Part shown: positions 36,247 through 47,166 of the stretch, piece after piece
Position numbering within the stretch: the stretch's first letter is position 1
How the letters are laid out: every line of letters begins with the position of its first letter
Source of the DNA: an uncultured delta proteobacterium
GTDB taxonomy: Bacteria > Myxococcota_A > UBA9160 > SMWR01
DNA length: 64,000 bases
Direction: 5' to 3'
Assembly: GCA_963832165.1 (NCBI GenBank)
Contig: CAWHTE010000001.1
Span: forward strand, 128,001 to 192,000
Notes under the pieces: model-generated
Databases searched by the model: none
Told to the model about the DNA's origin: nothing
The model's input: only the letters and a program-made list of their open reading frames with translations
Made by a program: the position numbers and the translations under genes

Positions 36247-36878
36247 TCCGGCGCCTCGCCGGCGAGCAGCGCGAAGCCGTGCCAGCGCCAGACGCAGTCG
36301 ACGTTGCGCAGACCGGCCGCGCGCATCCAGTCGAGCTGGGGCTCGATCGCGGCGAGCCGATCTTCCGGATCACCGTCGGGGCGACCGATCGCGTCGCAAA
36401 AGCGCCGCTGGAGCTCTGCCGTGGCGCACTGCAAGACTTCGAGGTTCGCGAACAGCCCGCCCGGTCGCAGCATGCGCGCGGCCTCGGCGAACAGCTGCTG
36501 CTTGCGCGGGTGCTCGAGATGGTGGATCGCAAATCCCGACACGATCACATCGAACGAACCCAGGCGTGCGATCGGATCGGCGAGATCGTGCCGCGACACC
36601 GAGACGCGCGGGTCGCCGGCGAATCGCGTACGCGCGGCTTCGAGCATCGGCTCGGAGCGATCGACGGCGACCACCGACGCGACCGAATCGCGCGCGGCCA
36701 TCACGAGCCCGGCCAGACGGCCGTCGCCGCACCCGAGATCGAGCACCGACGCGGGCGCAGCCGGCAGGATCTCGACGAGCACGCCCTCGCCCGCGATCCG
36801 GCCCGGGAGTCCGCCCACGCGCGCGAGGTATTCCTCGACCTTCTCGCGGGACTGCCAGGTCGTGGGGTCGTCCGGCAC
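36243..36878 (-). CDS. Class I SAM-dependent methyltransferase
   Basis: VLDLGCGDG, FDVIVS..AIHH, LRPGG. Confidence 0.87.
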   Translation of the reverse strand: MPDDPTTWQSREKVEEYLARVGGLPGRIAGEGVLVEILPAAPASVLDLGCGDGRLAGLVMAARDSVASVVAVDRSEPMLEAARTRFAGDPRVSVSRHDLADPIARLGSFDVIVSGFAIHHLEHPRKQQLFAEAARMLRPGGLFANLEVLQCATAELQRRFCDAIGRPDGDPEDRLAAIEPQLDWMRAAGLRNVDCVWRWHGFALLAGEAPE

Positions 36879-36885
36879 GGCGCCG

Positions 36886-37302
36886 CTATTCCTCGACGAG
36901 CGCCGCGAGCTTGGTCGGCGCGATCCGGCGGTACGCCTCCCGCACGAGCGCCGCGACCATCTCCCAGTCGGGCTTCGTGTCGAGCACCACGCCGACCCAG
37001 CCCTTGTGTCCCACGTAGGGCGGCCGGAAGAACCGCTTCGGATCCCCCGCGATCAGCGCCTCCTGTGCCTCGATCGCCGCGGGCAGCCAGACTGCGCAGT
37101 GCGGCGACCCGTGATGGTAGTCGTCGAGCTGCGCGAACATCTTGTCCTTCACGCGCCAGGTCGGCTCGCTCCAGGCCTCCTTCTCGGTAGCCTCGGGCAG
37201 CGCGAGACAGATCTTGCGCAAGCGCTCGATGATTCGGCGGCTCGCGGCGGTGCGCTCGCGGACGAGCTTCGGGGTGCTTCGGGTCTTCTTGCGCTTCGGC
37301 AC
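36886..37302 (-). CDS. MmcQ/YjbR family protein
   Basis: LR.ICLALPE..E, P.WRV.DK.FA, FFRPPYVG..GW. Confidence 0.85.
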   Translation of the reverse strand: MPKRKKTRSTPKLVRERTAASRRIIERLRKICLALPEATEKEAWSEPTWRVKDKMFAQLDDYHHGSPHCAVWLPAAIEAQEALIAGDPKRFFRPPYVGHKGWVGVVLDTKPDWEMVAALVREAYRRIAPTKLAALVEE

Positions 37303-37324
37303 TTCGTGCTCGCGCGCCGCGTCG

Positions 37325-38089
37325 CTAGAAGCCCTCGACGCGGTGCAGGTTCCACCAGGTGATGCGCGGCCAGTGACGGCGCGCCCACACGCTGAACGCC
37401 GCGAAGCGATCCGGGTAGACCATGAGCTTTCCGCGCTCGAGGTCGCGCTCGATCGCGTCAAGCACGCGCTCGGGCTTGATCGGCGGCAGCTCCTTCAAGA
37501 TCTTGGGCTGCGACTTGGCCTGATCGAGCAGCGGCGTGGCGACGGGCGGCGGACACACGCACGCGAAGCGCACGCCGCGGCGGCGGTTCTCGTGGTAGAG
37601 CACTTCGGTGAACGCCACGACCGCGAACTTCGATGCGTTGTAGGCGCCGAAGTGCAGCGTCGGCAGCCAGCCCGCGACCGAGGCGAAGTTGACGAGGTCG
37701 CCCGATCCGCGCTGGAGCATGCCCGGAAGCACCGCGAGCGTGACGTTCACGGTGCCGCCGTAGTTGATGTCCATGATCCGGTTCACGAGGTCGGCGTCCT
37801 GATTCAGGAGCAGATCGGTCGGCATGATCGCGGCGGCGTTCATCACGCGGTCGATCGGGCCGAGCTCGCTCTCGATCTGGCGCACCAGGGTCGACACCGC
37901 GCGGGCGTCGGTGACGTCGATCGGATACGCGCGCACGTTCGCGAGATCGCCCCTCGTCTCGCGCAGGCCGGCCTCGTTCACGTCGAGGATCGCCACCTGC
38001 GCGCCCGCGGCGGCGAGCCTCCGCGCCGAGAGCCGACCCATTCCACTCGCTCCACCCGTCACCAGGGCTACTTTGCCGCGAAACGCCAT
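37325..38089 (-). CDS. Short-chain dehydrogenase/reductase
   Basis: VTGGASGMG and YNASK. Confidence 0.9.
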   Translation of the reverse strand: MAFRGKVALVTGGASGMGRLSARRLAAAGAQVAILDVNEAGLRETRGDLANVRAYPIDVTDARAVSTLVRQIESELGPIDRVMNAAAIMPTDLLLNQDADLVNRIMDINYGGTVNVTLAVLPGMLQRGSGDLVNFASVAGWLPTLHFGAYNASKFAVVAFTEVLYHENRRRGVRFACVCPPPVATPLLDQAKSQPKILKELPPIKPERVLDAIERDLERGKLMVYPDRFAAFSVWARRHWPRITWWNLHRVEGF

Positions 38090-38114
38090 CGCGCGTTCTC
38101 CTCTTCGAGCTCGA

Positions 38115-39254
38115 CTAACGAATTGCACCCGCTTCGCGCAGCTTCGCGATCTCGGGCGCTGCGAATCCCCAATCGGCGAGCGCCGCGTCGGTGTGCTCAC
38201 CTGCGTGCGCGGGCGCGCTCCCGATCTGCGGCGGCGTGCGGGAGAAGCGCGGCGCGGGCGCCGGGTGCGTCTTGCCCGCGAACTCGACGAACGTCTGGCG
38301 CGCCTTGTTGTGGGGGTGATGCGGCGCCTCGCTCATCTCCAGCACGGGCGCGAAGCAGACGTCGCTGCCCTCCATGATCTCGCACCACTGCGCGCGCGTC
38401 TTGGTCTTGAAGATCTTCTCGATCCGCTCCTTCATCGCGGGCCACTGAGCGCGGTCGCTCTGGCGCGGCAGATCCTCGCCTGCGAGCCCGATCTTCTCGA
38501 TCAGCTCCGCGTAGAACTGCGGCTCGATCGAGCCGATCGAGACGTACTTGCCGTCGGCGGTCTCGAACGTGTCGTAGAAGTGCGCGCCCGTGTCGATCAG
38601 GTTCGCGGCGCGCTCCTCCTTCCAGAGTCCCGCCTGGCGCATCGAGTGGATCATCGTCATGAGGATGGCGGCGCCGTCGACCATCGCGGCGTCCACCACC
38701 TGGCCCTTGCCCGACGTGGCGCGCTCGGTGAGTGCGCACGCGATGCCGAACGCGAGCAGCATGCCGCCGCCGCCGAAGTCGCCGACGAGGTTCAGCGGCG
38801 GCGTCGGCCTCTGGCCGCGCCGGCCGATCGGCGCGAGCGTGCCCGCGAGCGCGATGTAGTTGATGTCGTGGCCGGCCGCGTGCGCGATCGGCCCTTCCTG
38901 GCCCCAGCCCGTCATGCGGCCGTAGACGAGGCGCGGGTTGCGCGCGAGGCACACGTCGGGGCTGAGCCCGAGGCGCTCCATCACGCCGGGCCGGAAGCCC
39001 TCGATCAGCGCGTCGGCGCGCTCGATCATGCGCAGCGCCGTGGCGACGGCTTCGGGGTTCTTCAAGTCGAGAGCCACGCTGCGCCGGCCGCGCTGCATGA
39101 TGTCCCAGTGCGGCTCGTCGGTCGCACCCGTCACGGCGCCTGCGCGGTCGATACGCAGCACCTCGGCACCCATGTCCGCGAGCATCATCGCGCAGAACGG
39201 ACCGGGGCCGATGCCCGCGAATTCGAGGATCCGGATCCCACTCAGCGGGCCCAT
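38115..39254 (-). CDS. CaiB/BaiF family CoA-transferase, alpha-methylacyl-CoA racemase-like
   Basis: [45 protein letters not shown]. Confidence 0.92.
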   Translation of the reverse strand: MGPLSGIRILEFAGIGPGPFCAMMLADMGAEVLRIDRAGAVTGATDEPHWDIMQRGRRSVALDLKNPEAVATALRMIERADALIEGFRPGVMERLGLSPDVCLARNPRLVYGRMTGWGQEGPIAHAAGHDINYIALAGTLAPIGRRGQRPTPPLNLVGDFGGGGMLLAFGIACALTERATSGKGQVVDAAMVDGAAILMTMIHSMRQAGLWKEERAANLIDTGAHFYDTFETADGKYVSIGSIEPQFYAELIEKIGLAGEDLPRQSDRAQWPAMKERIEKIFKTKTRAQWCEIMEGSDVCFAPVLEMSEAPHHPHNKARQTFVEFAGKTHPAPAPRFSRTPPQIGSAPAHAGEHTDAALADWGFAAPEIAKLREAGAIR

Positions 39255-39282
39255 GGCATCGTCTCCGTTCGAGGAGGCCGCA

Positions 39283-40749
39283 TCATATCGCACGCGGTGC
39301 CGCGGATGGCGTTTCCGTCTCCGCGATCGCGGCCAGGAGCGAGTGCAGCTTCGCGCGCGTCTCGGCGTACTCGGCGGCCGGCTCGGAATCGGCCACGATG
39401 CCGCCGCCCGCGTGCAGGTAGGCGCGGCCGCCGCGCATGAACGCGCTGCGGATCACCACGGCGAGATCCGCGCCGCCGCGCACGTCGAGGTAGCCGAGCG
39501 CACCCGAGTAGAAGCCGCGTCGCAAGGTCTCGAGCCGATCGAGCGAGCGCATGGCGGCGATCTTCGGCGCGCCCGTCATCGAGCCGGGCGGGAACGCGGC
39601 CGCGATCGCGTCGAGCGCATCGCAGTCGGGGCGCAGCTGGCCCGTGACCGTCGACACGAGCTGGAATACCGAGGCGTAGGACTCGACCGCGAACAGCTCG
39701 GGAACCGCGATGCTGCCCGCGGTGCACACGCGGCCGAGGTCGTTGCGCACGAGATCGACGATCATGAGGTTCTCGGCGCGATCCTTCTCGGAGGCCGCGA
39801 GCGCGCGGCGCGCGACCGCGTCCTGCGCGGGATCGCCGCCGCGCGGCGCGGTGCCCTTGATCGGCCGGCTCTCGACGCGGCCCGACTCGTCGACGCGCAG
39901 AAAGCGCTCGGGCGAGCTGCCCGCGACCGCGACCTCGGGCAGCTCGAGATAGGCCGCGAACGGCGCGGGGTCGCGCCGCCGCAGCGCGCGGTAGAGCTGC
40001 CACGGATCGCCCGCGAACGCGCGATCGATGCGGTAGGTGAGGCACGCCTGGTAGAGCTCGCCCGCGGCGATCTCCTCGGCGATCGCCTCGACGGCCTTGC
40101 GATAGGCGGCGACGTCTAGCTCGGAATGGACACCGGGCGCCGCGGCGGGCGCAGTCACGCCCGCGACCGGGCGCGGGTGCGCGAGCCGCTCTTCGAGCAC
40201 TCGCGCGGAGCGCTCGGCGCGTTCGCGCGCCGCCGCGGGATCGCCCGCGAAGCCGAGCCCGACGATCTCGGTGCATCCGCGCTCGTGGTCGAAGCCGATC
40301 AGCGCGTCGACGAACAACCACACGGCGTCGGGCAGCGCGAGGTCGTTCGCACCGTGCAGCCGGTGCACGTCGAGCTGCTCGGCGAGCTCGTAGCCGAGCG
40401 CGCCGACCGCTCCGCCGCAGAACGGCAGCGCGCAGGGCTCGGCCGGCGCCGCGGGCAGATGCGCGCGCAGCGCTGCGAGAGCGGGGCCGCGCTCGCGCGT
40501 CGTTCCGACGGTGAGCCCCTCGTAGACCGCGCGGCGGCATTCGATCTCCACGTCGAGTCCGCGGCTGCGCACGATCAGGTACGGATCGGCGCCCGCGAAC
40601 GAGAAGCGCCCGATCCCGGGCGAAGGCGCGGCGCTCTCGAGCAGCCACGGCGCGCCGGCCGAGCGCAGGCGCTCGAGCGCACCGGCCGGGTCGAGCTCGG
40701 CCGGAGCCGGAATCGTCACGAGGGCGGTGCAGCGCGGGGGGCGGGCCAC
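39283..40749 (-). CDS. Chorismate-binding enzyme (aminodeoxychorismate synthase I / anthranilate synthase I family)
   Basis: LLESA, SSPERF, RPIKGT (PabB-like), [32 protein letters not shown]. Confidence 0.88.
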   Translation of the reverse strand: MARPPRCTALVTIPAPAELDPAGALERLRSAGAPWLLESAAPSPGIGRFSFAGADPYLIVRSRGLDVEIECRRAVYEGLTVGTTRERGPALAALRAHLPAAPAEPCALPFCGGAVGALGYELAEQLDVHRLHGANDLALPDAVWLFVDALIGFDHERGCTEIVGLGFAGDPAAARERAERSARVLEERLAHPRPVAGVTAPAAAPGVHSELDVAAYRKAVEAIAEEIAAGELYQACLTYRIDRAFAGDPWQLYRALRRRDPAPFAAYLELPEVAVAGSSPERFLRVDESGRVESRPIKGTAPRGGDPAQDAVARRALAASEKDRAENLMIVDLVRNDLGRVCTAGSIAVPELFAVESYASVFQLVSTVTGQLRPDCDALDAIAAAFPPGSMTGAPKIAAMRSLDRLETLRRGFYSGALGYLDVRGGADLAVVIRSAFMRGGRAYLHAGGGIVADSEPAAEYAETRAKLHSLLAAIAETETPSAAPRAI

Positions 40750-40804
40750 GGGGCAACCGTATCGCAGCGCGGCCCCGCACAGTGCTTGAGCTAGCTTTCG
40801 CGCG

Positions 40805-41656
40805 GTGGATCGCGTCGTCTACTTCCATGCTGGCTGTCCCGACGGATTCGGCGCGGCCTGGTCCGTCTGGAAGGCCTGGGGCGAAGACGCGCGTTACGTA
40901 CCGCGCAGCCACGACGCCGACCCGCCGCGCAAGCCGCACGTGGGTGGCACGGTGGTGTTCGTCGACATCGCCCCCGACAACGAATACCTGCGCCAGCTCG
41001 CCGACCAAGCTGCGCACGTGATCGTGCTCGATCACCACTGGACCGCGCTCGAGCGCTACACGTCCGACCCCGGCGTCGAGAACATGATCAGCGACGGCGG
41101 ACACCGCGTGGTGTTCGATCTCGGCTACTCGGGCGCGGTGCTCGCGTGGCAGCACTTCCATCCCGACCAGCCGGTCCCGCCGCTGCTCGCGTACGTGCAG
41201 GACCAGGACCTGTGGCATTGGGCGCTGCCGCGCTCGGAAGAAGTCAACGCGGCGATCGGATCCCACGCGCGCGAGTTCGCGGTGTGGGACGCGCTCGCCG
41301 CGCGCAGCCCCGACGAGCTCGCGCGCGAGGGCGAGCCGATCCTGCGCGCGCAGCGGATCGAGATCCAGCGCGCGCTCGCCAACGCGCATCCGATCACGGT
41401 CGCCGACCGGCGGATCGAGGCCGTGAACGCGCTGCAGAATCGCAGCCACATCGGCCACGAGCTCGCCAAGCGCTGCGCGTTCGGCCATCCGATCGGAATC
41501 GTGTATCGCGTTTCGGGCCGCACCGTGGATGCCTCGATCTACTCGATCGGCGACGCCGACGTCTCGGCGATCGCGCGTCGCTACGGCGGAGGCGGACACC
41601 GGAACGCGTCGGGCTTCAGCCTGTCGCTGCGCCGCTGGCTCGACGAGTTCTGTTAG
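40805..41656 (+). CDS. DHH/DHHA1 family phosphoesterase
   Basis: H..C.DG, VD, DHH and GGGH..ASG. Confidence 0.87.
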   Translation: MDRVVYFHAGCPDGFGAAWSVWKAWGEDARYVPRSHDADPPRKPHVGGTVVFVDIAPDNEYLRQLADQAAHVIVLDHHWTALERYTSDPGVENMISDGGHRVVFDLGYSGAVLAWQHFHPDQPVPPLLAYVQDQDLWHWALPRSEEVNAAIGSHAREFAVWDALAARSPDELAREGEPILRAQRIEIQRALANAHPITVADRRIEAVNALQNRSHIGHELAKRCAFGHPIGIVYRVSGRTVDASIYSIGDADVSAIARRYGGGGHRNASGFSLSLRRWLDEFC

Positions 41657-41934
41657 TCGCGCTCGATCTCCCACTCGGACGGCGTGAACGTGCGCAGCGC
41701 GAGCGCATGGATCTCGCCCCTCATCTCCGCGGCGAGCGCGCCATACACGAGGCGCTGGCGTGCCACGCGCGAGAGGCCCTCGAAGCGCTCCGAGACGATC
41801 GTGGCGCGGAAGTGCCCGCCGCCCGACGCCGCTCCCGCGTGACCCACGTGCAGGTGGCTCTCGTCGGCCACGTCGACGTGCGCGGGCGCGAGCTCGGCGC
41901 GCAGGCGCGCTTCGATGTGGCTGCGGCGATCCAT
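41653..41934 (-). CDS. bolA: BolA family protein
   Basis: DESHLH.GH, HF...IVS..FEG, RQRLVY, IHAL. Confidence 0.9.
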   Translation of the reverse strand: MDRRSHIEARLRAELAPAHVDVADESHLHVGHAGAASGGGHFRATIVSERFEGLSRVARQRLVYGALAAEMRGEIHALALRTFTPSEWEIERD

Positions 41935-41960
41935 CTCGCGTGCCAAGATAGCTCCGGCAC

Positions 41961-42650
41961 ATGGCTGGCATCGACTGGAAGCGCGTCGCGGGCGAGATCG
42001 ACCGCTGGGGCTTCGCGCGCCTCCCGCGCGTACTGGGTGCGCGCGAATGCGCACAGCTCGCCGGGCTCTACGGGCGCGACGAGGCGTTTCGCAAGACGAT
42101 CTCGATGGACGCGCACCGCTTCGGCAGCGGCGAGTACCGCTACTTCACGTACCCGCTTCCCGCGCGCGTGGAGCGGCTGCGCGCGGCGCTCTACCCGAAG
42201 CTCGCGCGGATCGCGAACGCGTGGCAGGAGCGGCTCGGCGACCCCGCGCGCTTCGAGCCCACGCTCGAGGGCTTCCTGCGCCGCTGTCACGCGCAGGGAC
42301 AGCGCCGTCCGACACCGCTCCTGCTCCATTACGAGGCGGGCGGCTTCAACAACCTGCACCAGGACCTGTATGGACCGATCGCGTTCCCGCTCCAGGTCAC
42401 GATCCAGCTCTCGCGGCCCGGCGTCGACTTCGAGGGCGGCGAGTTCCTGCTCGTCGAGCAGCGCCCGCGCCAGCAGTCGCGCGGCAGCGCGATCGCACTC
42501 GCGCAGGGCGAAGCCATCGTGTTCGCGACGCGCGAGCGCCCCGTGGACGGAACGCGCGGCGTCTATCGCGCGGCGCTGCGCCACGGCGTGAGCCCGCTCA
42601 CCGCAGGCTCACGCACGGCGCTGGGAATCATCTTCCACGACGCGGCGTAG
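41961..42650 (+). CDS. 2OG-Fe(II) oxygenase (DUF2086-like)
   Basis: HQD, GGEF, EQRPR.QSR, RHGVS, R..LGIIFHDA. Confidence 0.87.
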   Translation: MAGIDWKRVAGEIDRWGFARLPRVLGARECAQLAGLYGRDEAFRKTISMDAHRFGSGEYRYFTYPLPARVERLRAALYPKLARIANAWQERLGDPARFEPTLEGFLRRCHAQGQRRPTPLLLHYEAGGFNNLHQDLYGPIAFPLQVTIQLSRPGVDFEGGEFLLVEQRPRQQSRGSAIALAQGEAIVFATRERPVDGTRGVYRAALRHGVSPLTAGSRTALGIIFHDAA

Positions 42651-42696
42651 GGTGGGCAGGCTTGCTCGCCTGCCCACCCGCGCTCGTCGCGTCGCG

Positions 42697-43158
42697 TCAG
42701 GAGCCAGCCGTTACCGGGATGCTCCGCGCCTTCGCCGCCGGAGCCTTCGGCAGCGTCACGGTGAGGATGCCATTGCGATACGTCGCCTTGACGGCGTCGC
42801 CATCCACTTCCGACGGCAGCCGCAGCGAACGCTCGTACTTGCCGTAGAAGCTCTCGACGTGGCGGACTTCCTTGCCGTCCTCGTCCTTCGTCTCGGAATT
42901 GCGCTCACCGCGGATCGTGAGCACGCCGTCCTCGAGCGACACCTGGATGTCCTTCTCCTCGAGTCCGGGCAGCTCTGCGGCGATGCGGAGCTCGGCCTCG
43001 GTCTCCGTGAAGTCGATGCGCGGTGCCCAGGCCGCTACGCCGTTGCGGGCGGTCGATCCGACTCCATTCCAGAGCTCGTCGAATACGCGATCGAAATCGC
43101 GCCAGCCGTACGACGCGAGCGCGTTGCGTCGGGGTACCAAAAGGTGGGTGGTAATCAT
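42697..43158 (-). CDS. Hsp20/alpha-crystallin small heat-shock protein
   Basis: P..D..E, ELPG, L.I.GE, YGK.ERS..LP, A.Y.NG.L.V.LPK; AAGGAG RBS. Confidence 0.93.
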   Translation of the reverse strand: MITTHLLVPRRNALASYGWRDFDRVFDELWNGVGSTARNGVAAWAPRIDFTETEAELRIAAELPGLEEKDIQVSLEDGVLTIRGERNSETKDEDGKEVRHVESFYGKYERSLRLPSEVDGDAVKATYRNGILTVTLPKAPAAKARSIPVTAGS

Positions 43159-43387
43159 TGCGGTCTTCTCCTTGTGGCGGACGAGGATCACCCGGTGGCT
43201 TCCGGTTCGAGCGCCGTGCCCGTGCGGGGCGCTCCTGCTTGGGCCGGCCTGCTGCCGGCCACTCGTCCGATGCTCGAACCCTAAGCGGGGGTCCCCGGGC
43301 GTCAAGCCGGGGTTTGAAAAAAGATGCCAAGCCAAGCAGAGTCGGGGGGTTCCGAGCTTCTCGGACGATTCCCGCGGAGGACCCCCC

Positions 43388-44872
43388 ATGATCGAACCGC
43401 CGAGCTCCGACGAACTGCGCGAGCTCGCGCGCGATCTCGGCATCGAGCTCGGGGCCGCGGAAGCGGATCTGTACCGCAACCTCATGGCGGGCTCGCTAGG
43501 CGCGTTCGCGGTGATCGATGCGGCGCCCTCCGCGTTGCCGCCCGTTCCGCCCGACCGCCGCTACTTCGAGCCGCGCGAGAACCCGCACGGCGCGTGGTTC
43601 GTGCGCTGCGAGATCCGCACGCGCGATGACGGTCCGCTCGCGGGGCTGCGCTTCGCGGTGAAGGACAACGTGATGGTGGCGGGCCTGCCTCTCTTGAACG
43701 GCTCGCCGATCCTCGAGGGCTACATCGCCGAGGTCGACGCGACGGTCGTCACGCGGCTCCTGGATGCGGGCGCGACGCTGCTCGGCAAGGCGCACTGCGA
43801 GAATCTCTGCCTCTCGGGCGGCAGCCACACGAACACGCGCGGTCCCGTGCACAACCCGCGCCGGCACGGCCACTCCGCGGGCGGATCGTCGTCGGGCTCG
43901 GCCGCGGTCGTCGCGGCGGGCGACGTCGAGCTCGCGATCGGCGGCGATCAGGGCGGGTCGATCCGGGTGCCCGCAGCGCTGTGCGGCGTGGTCGGCATGA
44001 AGCCCACCTGGGGGCTCGTGCCCTACACGGGGATCGCGCCGATCGAGCCCAGCCTCGATCACACGGGCCCGATCACCGCGAACGTGCGCGACAACGCGCG
44101 TATGCTCGCGGCGATCGCGGGTCCCGACGGTATCGACGTGCGCTCGGCGGGCGCGGCCGCGGGCGACTACCTCTCCGCGCTCGAGCGCGGTGTCGACGGG
44201 CTGCGCGTGGCCGTGATCGCCGAGGGCTTCACGGCGCCGGGCATGCAGGCGCCCGTGGCGCAGTCGGTGCGCGCGGCGGCGGATCGCCTCGCGAAGCTCG
44301 GCGCGCACGTGGACGAGGTCTCGATCCCCGAGCACGCGAAGGCGAATGCGCTCACGTTCCCGCTGCTCGTGCAGGGCATGTACCGCACGGTGCTATGCGA
44401 AGGCGGGCAGGGCAGCGGACGCCCCGACGTCTACCTGCCCGACTTCTACGACCGGATGGCGCGCTGGCGCGAGCACGCGCACGAGTTCACGCCGCTGCTC
44501 AAGCTCATGGCGCTCGTCGGCGCGCACGTCGAGCGCAGCGCCGGCACGCGCTACTACGGGCTCGCCGCGAACCAGGCACGGCGCCTGCGCGCGTGCTACG
44601 ACCGCGCGCTCGCGGACGCAGACGTGCTGCTCATGCCGACGTGTCCCGTGGTCGCGCCGCGGCTGCCGGCCGCGAGCGCATCGATCGCGGAGCAGTTCGT
44701 GGCCGCCTCGCAGGCGACGCCGAACACGATGCCCTTCGACGCCACGCACCATCCCGCGATCAGCGTGCCGTGCGGCGAGGTTGACGGGCTGCCCGTGGGC
44801 ATGATGCTCGTCGGCCGCCACTTCGACGAGGCGACGCTCTACCGCGGCGCGTACGCGTTCGAGCAGGCGTGA
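43388..44872 (+). CDS. Amidase signature family enzyme
   Basis: KD, GGSSSGS, GDQGGSIR.PA. Confidence 0.92.
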   Translation: MIEPPSSDELRELARDLGIELGAAEADLYRNLMAGSLGAFAVIDAAPSALPPVPPDRRYFEPRENPHGAWFVRCEIRTRDDGPLAGLRFAVKDNVMVAGLPLLNGSPILEGYIAEVDATVVTRLLDAGATLLGKAHCENLCLSGGSHTNTRGPVHNPRRHGHSAGGSSSGSAAVVAAGDVELAIGGDQGGSIRVPAALCGVVGMKPTWGLVPYTGIAPIEPSLDHTGPITANVRDNARMLAAIAGPDGIDVRSAGAAAGDYLSALERGVDGLRVAVIAEGFTAPGMQAPVAQSVRAAADRLAKLGAHVDEVSIPEHAKANALTFPLLVQGMYRTVLCEGGQGSGRPDVYLPDFYDRMARWREHAHEFTPLLKLMALVGAHVERSAGTRYYGLAANQARRLRACYDRALADADVLLMPTCPVVAPRLPAASASIAEQFVAASQATPNTMPFDATHHPAISVPCGEVDGLPVGMMLVGRHFDEATLYRGAYAFEQA

Positions 44873-44873
44873 A

Positions 44874-45941
44874 TCAGAACAGCACGACCGGGTCGTAGCG
44901 CGGCAGCGTCTGGATCCGGATCTCCGGATGGTCGATCCCCTTCTGCTGCAGGAAGGCGAGCAGCTGGTCGCTTCCGGGCGACAGGATGCTCTCTGCGCGC
45001 AGCGCCCCGCGGAACGGGCCCTCGATCGGAGCGGTCAGGCTGTCCCAGTGGATCGGAATCACGCGCGTGGGATGCGTGCGCCCGACCGTCTTCGGGTCGG
45101 TCTCGCGGGTGACCCGGCCGACCGTCTCGCGCCAGTAGGTCTCGCGATAGGCGTCGGTCTGCGAGCCCAGCCCGCCGACGCCCAGGAACACCGCGTCCGC
45201 GGCATATCCCTCGAGCGCGGCCTCGAGATAGCCCGCGCTACCGACCACGAGCCACGAACCCTTCGGATGCGCGACGTGCAGCACCCACGCCACGCCGACC
45301 TTGTACGCAAACGCGTTCGCGGGCGGCACGAGCGGCTCGGTGATGTCGGGATCGCCGAGCGCGCGCTCGCGGACGCGCGGGTCGGGGAACTCGAAGTGGC
45401 GAGCCGCGATCGGCGTGATCAGGAACTTCCCGACCAGGATCAGCTCGCGATCGCGCACGACGCGGATCTGGCGCTCGGAAAGGCCCCAGCCGCGCGCGAT
45501 GTTTGCGGTGGACTCGGAGCCCAGCAGCAAGGCGCCCGTGCGGCGCGCGACCTCGGGCGCGTCCATCGCGTGGTCGTAGTGCGAGTGCACGGGGAACACC
45601 GCGGCGAGCTGCGCGACCTCGTTGCGCGCGAGCCCGCGCTCGATCGCGTCGACGTCGGGCGCGATCGTGCCGAAGAGCAGCGAGAGCGGCCCCGGGCGCG
45701 AGAACCAGCCGTCGGTCATCCAGGTGGTCTCGCCGTCGGAGAACACGAGCGTGGTCGTGCCCGTCCAGCGCACCGTCACCGATCCGGCGGGGATCGACGC
45801 GCTCGCGGGCATCGCCCAGTCCGGATCCACGGGCGGCGGGTCGTAGGTCTCGAGCAGGTAGAACGCGGCGGCGCCGACCGCCGCGAGCAGTACGGCGAGC
45901 GGGATCGCGGCGCGCCGCAGCCACGGACGCGAAGCGCTCAC
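44874..45941 (-). CDS. Metallo-beta-lactamase fold hydrolase, N-terminally anchored
   Basis: HSHYDH, IPIHWD and an N-terminal TM/signal segment. Confidence 0.85.
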   Translation of the reverse strand: MSASRPWLRRAAIPLAVLLAAVGAAAFYLLETYDPPPVDPDWAMPASASIPAGSVTVRWTGTTTLVFSDGETTWMTDGWFSRPGPLSLLFGTIAPDVDAIERGLARNEVAQLAAVFPVHSHYDHAMDAPEVARRTGALLLGSESTANIARGWGLSERQIRVVRDRELILVGKFLITPIAARHFEFPDPRVRERALGDPDITEPLVPPANAFAYKVGVAWVLHVAHPKGSWLVVGSAGYLEAALEGYAADAVFLGVGGLGSQTDAYRETYWRETVGRVTRETDPKTVGRTHPTRVIPIHWDSLTAPIEGPFRGALRAESILSPGSDQLLAFLQQKGIDHPEIRIQTLPRYDPVVLF

Positions 45942-46786
45942 TGCGCGCGCTCGCCCACGAGCAGGCGCACGGGGAAGTCGACGCGGTCGGTCGCGACGGC
46001 GAAGCCGTGCTCGCCGAGCCACGCGGGCGCGTCGCGGCGGTGCCATTCGGCGGCGAACGGCTCGTGGATCGCGCGCGCGAGGATGCGGAAGTAGGCCGCA
46101 AGCGGACCGTGGCGCGCGACGAGCCGCAACGCGCCGAGCTGATACTGCTCGGCGGCGGGCTCCACGATCGCGAGCCGCCCGCGCGGTCGCAGGATGCGCG
46201 CGAACTCCGCGATCGCCTGCTCGGCGGCGCGCGGCGGCAGCTCGTGGAACACGAAGCAGCATGCGATGCCGTCGAAGCGGCCCGCGCCGAAGCCGGTCTG
46301 CTCGGCGATCCCCTGCACGAAGTGCGCGCGCGGAACCCGCGCGTCGGCGCAGCGCAGGAGATACGGCGACGGATCGAGCCCCCAGACCTCCTCGATGCCC
46401 TGCGCCACGAGCACCTCGGTGGACGCGCCGCCACCGCAGCCGACGTCGAGCACGCTGCGGCAATCCGCGAGCGCGCGCGCCATCGCAGCGCGCGCCGGGC
46501 GCATCCGGCCCAGCATCGCGAGATCGAATCCGGTCGAGTAGCCGCGCGTGAGCCGATTGGAGTAGTTCCCGTTCGGGATGTTGTGGAACTCCTGGAGCAC
46601 ATAGCGCGGGATCTCCGCCGAAAGCGTCAGATTCGCGGGCAGCTCGACGCGCGCGCGGCGCCCGCCGAGCGCGTGACGCACGAGTCGCCACGCACCGCGC
46701 ACGCCCTTTGCCTCGCGATCAGCCCACGCGTCCGGGAGCTCGATCTCGGACCAGCGCAACGGCACCGGATCGCGATGGCTCTCCAT
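45938..46786 (-). CDS. Class I SAM-dependent methyltransferase
   Basis: P.Y.LQ.FH..PNG, VLDVGCGGG, FHELP. Confidence 0.85.
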   Translation of the reverse strand: MESHRDPVPLRWSEIELPDAWADREAKGVRGAWRLVRHALGGRRARVELPANLTLSAEIPRYVLQEFHNIPNGNYSNRLTRGYSTGFDLAMLGRMRPARAAMARALADCRSVLDVGCGGGASTEVLVAQGIEEVWGLDPSPYLLRCADARVPRAHFVQGIAEQTGFGAGRFDGIACCFVFHELPPRAAEQAIAEFARILRPRGRLAIVEPAAEQYQLGALRLVARHGPLAAYFRILARAIHEPFAAEWHRRDAPAWLGEHGFAVATDRVDFPVRLLVGERAQ

Positions 46787-46803
46787 GCGGCGGGTCGCGT
46801 CGG

Positions 46804-47166
46804 TCAGGGGAGCCGGATCACCGCGACCAGCGCGAGCACGTTGCCGACGAGTGCTGTGCCGTACAAGAGCGGCGCCACGACCACGTCGCGCGAGAGCCCG
46901 CCCATGTCGAGCGAGAGGTGGCGCACGTGGTGCGCTCCCTTCCACATCGGCAGCGCGATCAGCCCGAACAGCACGACGCGCCCGATCAGGTTGCCGCCGA
47001 GCGCGAGTGCGCGGTCGTAGGCGAGCGCGTCCGCGGGGACGATCCCGAGCGGAATCGCGAGGCCCACGATCGCGAGGTAGGCCGTGAGCAGCATCGTGCC
47101 GATCATGATCCCCTGGCCGAACAGCAGCCAGATCACGGGCTCGAGCTTGAGCAGCAGGTGGCGCAT
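46804..47166 (-). CDS. frdD: Fumarate reductase subunit D (membrane anchor)
   Basis: EP..W.LF..G and LPMW.G.H...H...D; position after frdC. Confidence 0.8.
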   Translation of the reverse strand: MRHLLLKLEPVIWLLFGQGIMIGTMLLTAYLAIVGLAIPLGIVPADALAYDRALALGGNLIGRVVLFGLIALPMWKGAHHVRHLSLDMGGLSRDVVVAPLLYGTALVGNVLALVAVIRLP

